Below are positions 40,160 to 48,833 of a DNA stretch of 64,000 nucleotides, in pieces. Both the position numbers and the translations under genes were made by a program. Positions within the stretch are counted from its first letter, which is position 1. Each line of letters starts with the position of its first letter. The DNA lies in assembly GCA_002422525.1 (NCBI GenBank), contig DIWA01000086.1, forward strand, positions 52,533 to 116,532, in the 5' to 3' direction. Under the pieces are notes generated by a model that saw only the letters and a list, made by a program, of their open reading frames with translations, was not told the DNA's origin and did not search any database. The DNA is from Candidatus Hydrogenedentes bacterium UBA6118. Its GTDB lineage: Bacteria > Hydrogenedentota > Hydrogenedentia > Hydrogenedentales > SLHB01.

Positions 40160-41308
40160 GTGCGCGGACCAGTAAGGGGAATGCCTGTGTTTTCACTGAT
40201 GCTGTCCATCATCCTTGCCGCCAACGGAGCGACCGCGACCGCGGAAGCAGAGGCGTCGACCGGACCGGACCGCCCGATCGTCGGCGCGATCCGATGGGAC
40301 GCGTGGCACGGCGACGCCTCCAGCGTGGGGCTCACGGTCGAGCAGACGCTGGCCCCGAAACACTGGCACTACCGGCTGCCGTTCTTCGGCAAGGTCGTCG
40401 GCGAGAACGCCGTGGAGGCCCGGGGGCATACGCAGGAGATTGTGGACCAGGAGATCGCCTACGCGGCGGACGCGGGACTGGACTACTGGGCGTTCGTGAT
40501 CTACCCGCCCGAGGAGGCGCTGAGCCTGGGGCTCCGGCTTTATCTGTCGAGCGCCCACAAGCATCGCATCAACTTCTGTCTGGACCTGCAAGGCGGATGG
40601 GAAGGCCGCGACGGTATGAAGGCGTGGCCGGAACGCATCGAACGCTACCTGCGGCTGTTCCGCGAGCCCACGTACCAGACCGTGCTCGACGGGCGTCCGC
40701 TGGTCTACCTGTACAGCGTCGAGGGCTTGGTCGGCCCCGGGCGGTTCGAGACCTGGGAGGAGGCGCGCGCCGCGTTCGACCAGCTTCGCGAGGCGACGGT
40801 TCAGGCCGGCATGCCCACGCCGTACATCGTCGCCCAGGGCTGGTCGCCGGACACGCTGAAGGAGCAGGCGGAGCGACTTGGCCTTGATGCGATCGGCGCG
40901 TACGCCTCGAGCGCGGGGGAGAAGGCCGCGACCTACGCGCAGCTCGCCGCGCACACCGAGCGTTGGTGGGACGCCTTCAAGGCGACGGGCATGCCGGTCG
41001 TGCCGCTCGTGACGGCCGGATGGGACATGCGGCCCCGCGTTGAGACGCCGGTGCCCTGGGTCGAAGGCGGCGACATCGAGCAGTACTACGAGGCGCCCAC
41101 GCCGGAGGAGCTCGGCGCCCATCTCGGCAAGGCGATCGCGTGGTGTCGTGAGCACCCGGACGCCGCCGAGGCGCAGGCGATCCTGATCTATGCGTGGAAC
41201 GAGTTCGACGAAGGCGGCTGGATCTGTCCGACCTTGAGCGAGGGGACCGCGCGGCTTGACGCGATCCGCGATGCGCTGCGCGCGGCCGAGTCGGCGTCGG
41301 CCCGATGA
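40160..41308 (+). CDS. Secreted uncharacterised protein (putative glycoside-hydrolase-like), paralog A
   Basis: Signal peptide; shared motifs with paralog B: GAIRWDAW, YRLPF, AGLDYWAF, TPYIV, DAIGAY, VVPLVTAGWDMRPR, ILIYAWNEFDEGGWICPT, SEGTARLDAIR. Confidence 0.55.
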   Translation: MRGPVRGMPVFSLMLSIILAANGATATAEAEASTGPDRPIVGAIRWDAWHGDASSVGLTVEQTLAPKHWHYRLPFFGKVVGENAVEARGHTQEIVDQEIAYAADAGLDYWAFVIYPPEEALSLGLRLYLSSAHKHRINFCLDLQGGWEGRDGMKAWPERIERYLRLFREPTYQTVLDGRPLVYLYSVEGLVGPGRFETWEEARAAFDQLREATVQAGMPTPYIVAQGWSPDTLKEQAERLGLDAIGAYASSAGEKAATYAQLAAHTERWWDAFKATGMPVVPLVTAGWDMRPRVETPVPWVEGGDIEQYYEAPTPEELGAHLGKAIAWCREHPDAAEAQAILIYAWNEFDEGGWICPTLSEGTARLDAIRDALRAAESASAR

Positions 41309-41408
41309 CCTGAGAGCGCCCCGGCCGCGGGCGCGGCCCGGCAGCGGAACGAGAGGGGGCTATGGACCGGAAGCGTGCAGTAGCCGGCGAGCGCGCCGAA
41401 AGGGGCTT

Positions 41409-42566
41409 ATGATGATCGGGAGAGATGCAGGACGGGCGTTCGCGCTGGCGATCGCCCTGGGGATGATGGGAGGCGCGCACGCGATGGCGGACGCAACCCC
41501 GGATGCAACGCGCGACGTCGCGGCGCCCGACTCGGTTCTGGTCGGCGCGATCCGGTGGGATGCGTGGACGGCGTGGGACAAGTACAAAGCCTTTCTGCAG
41601 GACCCCCAGTGGCGCTATCGGCTGCCGTTCTACGCAGAGGTCCGCGACGACGGGTCGGTCGAGATCCGCGGCGATCGCCCCGAGGTGATGGGCCGGGAGC
41701 TCGCGTACGCCCATGCCGCGGGGATCGACTACTGGGCGTGGTGCTGGTACGATCCCGAGCACGAAGATGCGTCCGAGCATCACATGAACGACTGCCTCGA
41801 GATCTACCGCACGCATCCCGACCGGGGTCTGGTGAACTACTGCGTGATTGGTCCGGGCTACTGGGCGACGCGGCACTGGGACCGCACCGTCGACCGCCTC
41901 GTGGCCATGTTCGCCGAGCCGAACTACCAGAAGGTTCTCGGCGATCGCCCCCTGTTCTACTACTTCTCGTCGCAGGACGCCGTGCCGCACTTCGGCTCCG
42001 TCGAGGCGGCGCGGGCCGCCATCGATGCGCTGCGGGCGAAGACCGTGGCGGCCGGGCTGGGCACGCCCTACATCGTCGGGCTGTGCTTCTGGCCCGACCA
42101 GGGCGCGCAGGCCGCGAAGGACTGCGGGTTCGACGCGATCGGTTCGTACTGCAATCCCCCCGGCGCCGAGAACCGCGAGCTCGCCTATAGCGAGCTGGCC
42201 GCGCTGAACCGATGGTTCTGGGGCGTCTGCCGCGACACCGGCATGCAGGTCGTGCCGCCCGTAAACGCCGGCTGGGATCCGCGGCCTCGCCGGGCGCTGC
42301 CCGATGTGAACGACGACGGGAACTGGTGCGTCGGGCCGGAGCCGGAGGAGCTGGGGCGTCACGTCGCCGACGCCGTCGCGTGGGTGCGCGCGAACCGGGA
42401 CGCCTGCGAACCGGGCACGGCGCTCATCTACGCGTGGAACGAGTTCGATGAGGGCGGCTGGATCTGTCCGACCTCGAGCGAAGGAACGGCCCGACTGGAC
42501 GCGATCCGCGCGGCGTTGGACGCGCTTGACCGCGATCCGCGGGGAACCCCGACCGATGATGACTAG
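41409..42566 (+). CDS. Secreted uncharacterised protein, paralog B of 40160-41308
   Basis: Same motif set (GAIRWDAW...AGIDYWAW...VVPPVNAGWDPRPR...LIYAWNEFDEGGWICPTSSEGTARLDAIR) and a signal peptide. Confidence 0.55.
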   Translation: MMIGRDAGRAFALAIALGMMGGAHAMADATPDATRDVAAPDSVLVGAIRWDAWTAWDKYKAFLQDPQWRYRLPFYAEVRDDGSVEIRGDRPEVMGRELAYAHAAGIDYWAWCWYDPEHEDASEHHMNDCLEIYRTHPDRGLVNYCVIGPGYWATRHWDRTVDRLVAMFAEPNYQKVLGDRPLFYYFSSQDAVPHFGSVEAARAAIDALRAKTVAAGLGTPYIVGLCFWPDQGAQAAKDCGFDAIGSYCNPPGAENRELAYSELAALNRWFWGVCRDTGMQVVPPVNAGWDPRPRRALPDVNDDGNWCVGPEPEELGRHVADAVAWVRANRDACEPGTALIYAWNEFDEGGWICPTSSEGTARLDAIRAALDALDRDPRGTPTDDD

Positions 42567-43929
42567 ACGCCGATTTCTCAAGCTCGCCGGCGCGTCCGCG
42601 ATGCTGCCCGCGTTGGGGGCCGCTTCGTCGAAGCGTCCGCCGAACGTGGTCCTGGTCGTGATCGACGACATGGGTCAGCGGGACCTCGGCTGCTACGGGA
42701 GCGACTACTACGAGACGCCGCACATCGACGCGTTGGCGGCGCAAGGCGCGCGGTTCACCCAGTTCTATGCGGCGAGTCCGGTATGCTCGCCTACGCGGGC
42801 GAGCATCCTCTGCGGGAAGTATCCGGCGCGCCTGCACATGACGTATATCACGACCGGCGTGAATCCCGAGGACCGGCCGCTGCTGGCGGCGGAGCATCGT
42901 CGGTTCCTGCCGTTCGACGAGATCACGCTGGGCGAGGCCTTCCGCGATGCGGGCTACGCGACGGGGTGCATCGGCAAGTGGCATCTCGGCGAGACGCACG
43001 ACCCCGAGAACCATCCGAAGAACCACGGATTCGACTTTGTCCGGATGCATGGTCCGAGCACCGGCGACAAGTTCGTGTCGGTCTTCACGGACACCGCGCT
43101 CGAGTTCATCGAGACCAATCGGGATCGCCCCTTCTTCCTGTACCTCCCGCACCACACAGTGCATGTTCCCTTCGAGGCCAGGGAGGAGACGATCGAGAAG
43201 TATCGCGGCAAGCCGCCGGGCGCGTCGGGACAGAACCACCCCGTGATGGCCGCGATGATCGAGGAGCTGGACCGCGGCATGGGGCGGCTGCTCGCCGGGC
43301 TCGACCGGCTCGGTCTGGCCGAAGAGACTATCGTTGTGTTCACCTCCGACAACGGCGGCCTGCGCTGGGTGCGCGATGACGACACCGGAGAGATCGTCAC
43401 CGCCACGAACAACGCGCCGTTGCGCGCCGGCAAGGCCCAGCTCTACGAAGGCGGGACGCGCGTTCCGTTCATCGTCCGCTGGCCGGGCCGCATCGAGGGC
43501 GGGCGAGAGGTCGCCGCGCTCGGCATCACCGCCGACATCTACCCGTCGCTGTTCGGGTTGGCTGGTCTGCCTCTGCAACCGGACCCGCAGCGAGACGGGA
43601 TCGACATCCTGAGCCCGATCGCCGATGGGTCCGACGCCGCCGTCTCCGGCTCGGAACGCGATGCGCTGTTCTGGCACTTCCCCCACTATCACGCCTCGAC
43701 CAAGCCCTGCGGCGCGGTGCGGCGCGGCGACATGAAGCTGATCGAACACTACGAGGACGGGACGCTCGAGCTGTACGACCTTGCGGAGGACGTCGGCGAG
43801 ACGCATGACCTCGCGTCGGAACGTCCCGAGCTTGCGCGGGAGCTGCGTGCGTTGCTGCATCGGCATCTCGAGGAGGTCGGCGCGCAGATGCCGACGCCGA
43901 ACCCCGCGTTCACGCAGTCCGGCGTGTAG
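42556..43929 (+). CDS. Arylsulfatase (formylglycine-dependent, Cys-type), Tat/Sec-exported
   Basis: RRRFLKLAG signal; PNVVLVVIDDMGQRDLGCYG...SPVCSPTRASILCGKYP (C-X-P-X-R) ... GKWHLG. Confidence 0.85.
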   Translation: MMTRRRFLKLAGASAMLPALGAASSKRPPNVVLVVIDDMGQRDLGCYGSDYYETPHIDALAAQGARFTQFYAASPVCSPTRASILCGKYPARLHMTYITTGVNPEDRPLLAAEHRRFLPFDEITLGEAFRDAGYATGCIGKWHLGETHDPENHPKNHGFDFVRMHGPSTGDKFVSVFTDTALEFIETNRDRPFFLYLPHHTVHVPFEAREETIEKYRGKPPGASGQNHPVMAAMIEELDRGMGRLLAGLDRLGLAEETIVVFTSDNGGLRWVRDDDTGEIVTATNNAPLRAGKAQLYEGGTRVPFIVRWPGRIEGGREVAALGITADIYPSLFGLAGLPLQPDPQRDGIDILSPIADGSDAAVSGSERDALFWHFPHYHASTKPCGAVRRGDMKLIEHYEDGTLELYDLAEDVGETHDLASERPELARELRALLHRHLEEVGAQMPTPNPAFTQSGV

Positions 43930-43970
43930 ATGTCCGGCGAAACATAGACCGCGACACGGAGGGAGACAGG

Positions 43971-45734
43971 ATGCAGCGGATGGGGTGGGTACTGTGTCTG
44001 GGGGCGATGATGGCCATGCACACGGCGCCGGTCTTCGCGGAAGACGAGAGCGGGCGGTACGTCGACGTGGCGGAGATGAACCGCATCGCGGAGCAGGTGG
44101 ACATCGACCTCGCCCGGGAGACGGACCCCGCCGGGTTCGTGCAGTACCGCACCCTCGCGCTGGCGTTCACCTCCGCGGAGACCTACGCGAACCCGTTCTC
44201 GGACGTGCGGCTTCACGCGGTGATCCGGGGGCCGGAGGGGACGGAGCATCGCGTGGACGGCTTCTACGACGGCGACGGCGCGTGGCGGATTCGGTACTGC
44301 CCGCTCGCTCCGGGGGAGTACGTTTACACGACGGCATGCAGCAACGCGGATGACGCGGGCCTGCACGGCAAGTCGGGCGCGTTCACCGTGGCCGCGGCGC
44401 CGGCCGACGAGCCGAACCCGCTCTACCGGCATGGCGGGAGCCTGCGCGTCAGTCCGAACGGACGGTACCTCACCTATCACGATGGGACGCCGTTCTACTG
44501 GCTGGGCGACACGTGGTGGTTCGTGCCGACGCAGGACCATCCCTACGAGGGCTCGTCGACCGAGCGGTTCAAGTCGATGTACCAGCTCACGACGCGCCTG
44601 CGTCGGGAACAGGGCTACTCGGTGATCCAGTGCGCCTTCCTGGGCGCGAAGCCGGCGTTCGACGCGGCCGGAGAGCACGAGAAGGCGGTCTTCCTGAAGC
44701 CGGAGCGCTGGACGGAAGAGGCGACGGCGTTCTGGAGACAGGCCGACCGGTACTTCCTCTACGCGAACCATTCGGGATTCGTGATGAGCATCGGGTTGCT
44801 GTGGACGTGGGACTTGGAGCACTTGGGCTGGAAGGCCGAGGACGTGGCCGAGGCCTTTCGGTATGTCCAAGCGCGGTACGGCTCCTACAGCATCGTCTGG
44901 TATGTCGTGGCCGAGTACAACGCCGTGTCGCCGGAGATCACGCAGGAGCACATCCGGGTGGCCGCGAAGCTGCGCGAGTTCGATCCGTACAAGACGCGTC
45001 CCATGACGATCATGCCCTGGCCGCCGTACATGGCGGGCAAGGAAGCCTGGGACGAACCCTGGTTCGGCTTCACGCTCTTGCAGGGGGGGCACTTCCGCGA
45101 GCCGGGTCAGGTGATGCCGCGGAACCACCATTGGGACGCCTACCAGCGCGAGGGGCGGACCCTGCCTGTCATCGTCGGCGAGGAGAACTTCGAGCGCATC
45201 TACGACAAGGAGAACGACGACGGCGACGTGCGCGCGGCGGCCTATCGCGCGATGCTCTGCGGGGCGTGCGGGTTCACCTACGGCGCGACCGGGCTGTGGT
45301 ATCCGAACCGAGACGACGACCACAGGGTCGACTGGCACTGGGGCAATGCCGCCTGGTACCGCGCGCTGGACTACCCCGGCGGGAAGCAGATGGGCCTGAT
45401 GCGGAAGCTGTTCGAGTCGTTCGCGTGGTGGGAACTGACGCCGGACCCGAAAGGCATCGTCGAGGAGGGGTACCCGCAGGAGTGGGACGTCCCCGTGATG
45501 GCGCGGAACGGCGATGACCTGATTCTGGTCTATCTCCCGCCCAACACGCCGAAAGACCGGCCGGTGCTGTCGCGCCGCATACCCGTGACGGACGCCTATC
45601 GGGCGCGGTTCTACGATGTGCGCACGGGCGCGTTCGTCGATGCGCCCGCGTGCGTTGCCGACGGCGATGCCGTGCGGCTGCCGGACCGCCCCTCGGATGG
45701 GGACTGGGTGTTGGTGCTCGAGAAGCGGGAGTAA
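43971..45734 (+). CDS. DUF4038 (GH140-like) putative glycoside hydrolase with N-terminal beta-sandwich (DUF5060-like)
   Basis: Signal peptide; DGTPFYWLGDTWWF is the DUF4038 hallmark, followed by a TIM-barrel-like region. Confidence 0.65.
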   Translation: MQRMGWVLCLGAMMAMHTAPVFAEDESGRYVDVAEMNRIAEQVDIDLARETDPAGFVQYRTLALAFTSAETYANPFSDVRLHAVIRGPEGTEHRVDGFYDGDGAWRIRYCPLAPGEYVYTTACSNADDAGLHGKSGAFTVAAAPADEPNPLYRHGGSLRVSPNGRYLTYHDGTPFYWLGDTWWFVPTQDHPYEGSSTERFKSMYQLTTRLRREQGYSVIQCAFLGAKPAFDAAGEHEKAVFLKPERWTEEATAFWRQADRYFLYANHSGFVMSIGLLWTWDLEHLGWKAEDVAEAFRYVQARYGSYSIVWYVVAEYNAVSPEITQEHIRVAAKLREFDPYKTRPMTIMPWPPYMAGKEAWDEPWFGFTLLQGGHFREPGQVMPRNHHWDAYQREGRTLPVIVGEENFERIYDKENDDGDVRAAAYRAMLCGACGFTYGATGLWYPNRDDDHRVDWHWGNAAWYRALDYPGGKQMGLMRKLFESFAWWELTPDPKGIVEEGYPQEWDVPVMARNGDDLILVYLPPNTPKDRPVLSRRIPVTDAYRARFYDVRTGAFVDAPACVADGDAVRLPDRPSDGDWVLVLEKRE

Positions 45735-45779
45735 GCCGCCGACGTTCCGCGGCGGTCGGCGGTGATCCGTGGGGAGTCT

Positions 45780-48700
45780 ATGCTGGCATTGTGTCTGATG
45801 GCGGCGGCGTGGTGCGCCGCTCCGCCGTATCCAGTGCGCGTACCGCTCGCGGAGGCGTGGGAGGTCTCGGAGACGCCCGCGGGCCGTGCGTCGATCCTGC
45901 AAGCGGAGGATCTGATCGACACGGACGCCCTCGTGGGGCCGTGGGAGCTGCACCCGGTCGACACGGCCGCCTGCGGGGCCGTGCTGAACCTCGTGTGCAC
46001 GCCGGACCGCGAGGACGCGCTGCATCTCCGCTTCCACGGCGCGCGCATCCGGCTCTACGGCCTGCGGTCGCGGTGGACCGGACAGATCGGCTGGCGCATT
46101 GACGGCGGCGAGCGCTCGGGGGTCATCGACGCCTACACGCCGCGCGAAGCGGTGCACCAGGACCTGCTGCTCGCGGTCGACGGGTTGCCCGAGACCGTGC
46201 ATACGCTGACGCTCTACACGCTCCAGACCGGCTACGAGAAACACTCGCCCTGGTGGCACGACTGGCAGTTCTGGTTCGACTACGCGGAGACGGACGGCTG
46301 TTTCTTCGGGCCCGCTGCGACGGATGAGGTTCTGCCGGAGCCGTCGGTGACGCTGCCGGACGGCGGCGCGTGGACGACGACCTTCCGCGGCGACCGCGTG
46401 GCCCTGCGCGTGCGCCTCGACCCGGGGTGTGCGCTCCGTGCGTGGATCGATGATGTCGAGGTCGCGATGCAGCCCGCTGTCGGCGGTTGGAGGTACATCG
46501 GGGAGGCGCTTGATCGCGACGCGGAAGACTTGCGCCAGGTCCATCGGATTGGCATCGAGGTGCGAGGCGGGGCGTGCCGTGTCGACGCGCTTCGGGTCGA
46601 ACGACGACGCCCGCAGGCCGCGCATGTCCACGAGCTCCCCGTCGACTCGCCCGAAGGTATGCGCTTGGCCGGCGTGCTGACGGAACGCGTGATCCCGGCC
46701 GGCGTCGCGCAAAACGCGCGCGTCCGCATGGAAGCCTGCGGGTCCGACGGCGCCGTGCTCCATGCGAGCGACCGATGGTTTCTGTCCACGCCGCTCGGGC
46801 CGGACGAGGCCGCGGTCGCTTCGGTCCGATTCACGCTCGAGCAGGGCGACGCCCCGCGCTCGCCTGTCCTGCGCGAAGTGCACCTGCTGTGGACGCCCAT
46901 CGACCCCGCGGCGGACGGGGGCCCGGTGCGGATCGGCTTCAGCCCCAATGCCCACGCGGATGCGCGGCAGGCCGTCCGCCTGGGCGTCGGCGACCTGCTC
47001 TGGGTCGAGAAGCCCGGCATGTTCCCCGTGTCGCCCTGGCACGAGAACCCCAAGGTCGACGTGTTCCGCAACGCCGCGCTCTGCCGACGCGAAGGGCTGG
47101 GCTTCGTCGTCAGCGGTCGTCGCGGGCTCGGCGATTTCGTGCGGCCCGTCGAAGTGGTCGAGGGCTGGATACAAGACACCACGCCGGACATCTACGACGC
47201 CGAGGAGACCGCCTTCCTGGCCGATCTCGGCGGACCGCTCTTCCTCGGCTATCTCATGGAAGAGATGGACACGAGCATGGTGCAGGGCGGCCTGCGCGAT
47301 GAGTCGATGGCCGAGTTTACCGAGTTGTACGGCTTCACTGACCGGCGCGGCGGCCGTCTCGCGTACGAGCGCGAGATCCGCACGTACGCCGATCGCTACC
47401 GGTCTTGGGGCGCGCGGGCGCTGGTGAACTGCGGCGTGACGTATCCCTTTGCGTCGTACCGCGCGGGCGCAGACATGGTCGTGGCCGAACTGCAGTGCAT
47501 GATGGTCTGCAACAACGTCCAACTGGCGTACCTGCGCGGCGCTTCTCATCAGTTCGGTCGGCCTTTCGGCGCGTGGGTCTCCCTGTGGCGCAAGGCGACC
47601 CTGCCGTGCGAAGACCCCGGCGTGCTCGCCTGGAAGGGGATGCGCCACCTCGGGGGCCCGGACGACGGCTACAGCGCGGGCGAGATGCGACGCTCGCTGC
47701 TCGCTTCCGTCTGCTCGGGCGCCCGGTTCGCGATGGTGCAGGACGCCGTGCCGCTGTTCACCGATTTTGATCGCGACGGCCGTTGGGAGCTGTCGCGCCG
47801 CGGCGAGGCGATCCGGAGCGTGCACGCGCTTGTGCGCGAGCTGGGCGCGATCCAGCCCCACAAGGGCGCGGCTCTGCTGATCGACAAGGACTGCGGCTAT
47901 TCGCCCGGACACCTGTGGGACGGGTTCGTGTCGTGGACGCACTGGGAGTATCGTCACGGCAACCCGCTCGGCCATGTGTGGGGCAAGCTGCGCCCGGGGC
48001 GGCCGGAACGCATGCTCCGCGACATGCTCGACGTCGTCTATCCGGGCTGGGACCGCGCGGGGCTGGATGTGTACCCCGGCACGTTCGCCGACACGCCCCA
48101 CGGCCCGGTCGACGTCATCGCCTCGGATATCCCCTTCGACCGCCTCTCGGCGTACGATGCCGTGGTCCTGGCGGGCCGGCTCGATCCGGACCCGGCGCTC
48201 GACGCCGCGCTCGTGCGGTTCGTCGAAACCGGCGGGAGCCTGGACGTGAACGCGGCGCACCTCACGGCGTTCCCTGCGTTGGCGCAAGCCATCGGCGGCG
48301 TCCTCGGCGACCCGGAACCGCGTGCGCTGCCCGACGGCGCGACCGCGCCGGTGTACACCTATGCGCCCGCTGCCGACGCCCGGGTCGTGCATGCCGTGGA
48401 CGGTGCGCCGCTCGCGGTGGAACGCCGCACGGGCTCGGGCCGCATCGCGCTTTCGCTCGTCGCCTATGACCTGACCGAGGGCCCGGCGGAGGAGGCCGCG
48501 CTGACGACGCTCGCGCGGGACCGCTTGGCGCAGACGGTCGCGGATGCCAACGCGCGGCGTATTCAGATCGACCGCCGGCCTGGCCTCGAGTACCTGTCGT
48601 TCGTGTACGATGACGGCGCCGAAGGGGCGCTCTTGATGAACCATGGCGCGGAACCCATCGAGACCGAAGTGCGATGGCCGGCGTGCGCTGCTACGATCGC

Positions 48701-48833
48701 AATCGACTTGGTAGCAGGCGAACGGTTTGCGCTTGCGGCATCGGCCGACGGATCGCGCGGCTGGACGGCGTCGCTGGCGCCGGGCGCGATTCGCATGTTG
48801 CGATTGGAGGCGGAAAGAGAGGAGAGGAGATGA
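45780..48833 (+). CDS. Large secreted uncharacterised protein (1017 aa); C-terminal 650 aa or so paralogous to the next gene
   Basis: GGGGAG RBS and signal peptide MLALCLMAAAWCA. Shares GYRAGADM...LQLAYLRGASxQFGRPFGxWxSxW...YPGxFAxTPxGPxDVxxSD...AYDAVVLAG...GGSL with 48830-50809. Confidence 0.6.
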   Translation: MLALCLMAAAWCAAPPYPVRVPLAEAWEVSETPAGRASILQAEDLIDTDALVGPWELHPVDTAACGAVLNLVCTPDREDALHLRFHGARIRLYGLRSRWTGQIGWRIDGGERSGVIDAYTPREAVHQDLLLAVDGLPETVHTLTLYTLQTGYEKHSPWWHDWQFWFDYAETDGCFFGPAATDEVLPEPSVTLPDGGAWTTTFRGDRVALRVRLDPGCALRAWIDDVEVAMQPAVGGWRYIGEALDRDAEDLRQVHRIGIEVRGGACRVDALRVERRRPQAAHVHELPVDSPEGMRLAGVLTERVIPAGVAQNARVRMEACGSDGAVLHASDRWFLSTPLGPDEAAVASVRFTLEQGDAPRSPVLREVHLLWTPIDPAADGGPVRIGFSPNAHADARQAVRLGVGDLLWVEKPGMFPVSPWHENPKVDVFRNAALCRREGLGFVVSGRRGLGDFVRPVEVVEGWIQDTTPDIYDAEETAFLADLGGPLFLGYLMEEMDTSMVQGGLRDESMAEFTELYGFTDRRGGRLAYEREIRTYADRYRSWGARALVNCGVTYPFASYRAGADMVVAELQCMMVCNNVQLAYLRGASHQFGRPFGAWVSLWRKATLPCEDPGVLAWKGMRHLGGPDDGYSAGEMRRSLLASVCSGARFAMVQDAVPLFTDFDRDGRWELSRRGEAIRSVHALVRELGAIQPHKGAALLIDKDCGYSPGHLWDGFVSWTHWEYRHGNPLGHVWGKLRPGRPERMLRDMLDVVYPGWDRAGLDVYPGTFADTPHGPVDVIASDIPFDRLSAYDAVVLAGRLDPDPALDAALVRFVETGGSLDVNAAHLTAFPALAQAIGGVLGDPEPRALPDGATAPVYTYAPAADARVVHAVDGAPLAVERRTGSGRIALSLVAYDLTEGPAEEAALTTLARDRLAQTVADANARRIQIDRRPGLEYLSFVYDDGAEGALLMNHGAEPIETEVRWPACAATIAIDLVAGERFALAASADGSRGWTASLAPGAIRMLRLEAEREERR

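Noticed and set aside
43749-48644. 1631-aa minus-strand ORF (also 48563-50911, 782 aa)
   Set aside because: Extremely Arg-rich with no motifs. Antisense to plus-strand genes that have signal peptides, RBSs, a DUF4038 hallmark and mutual paralogy. Classic GC-rich shadow ORFs.
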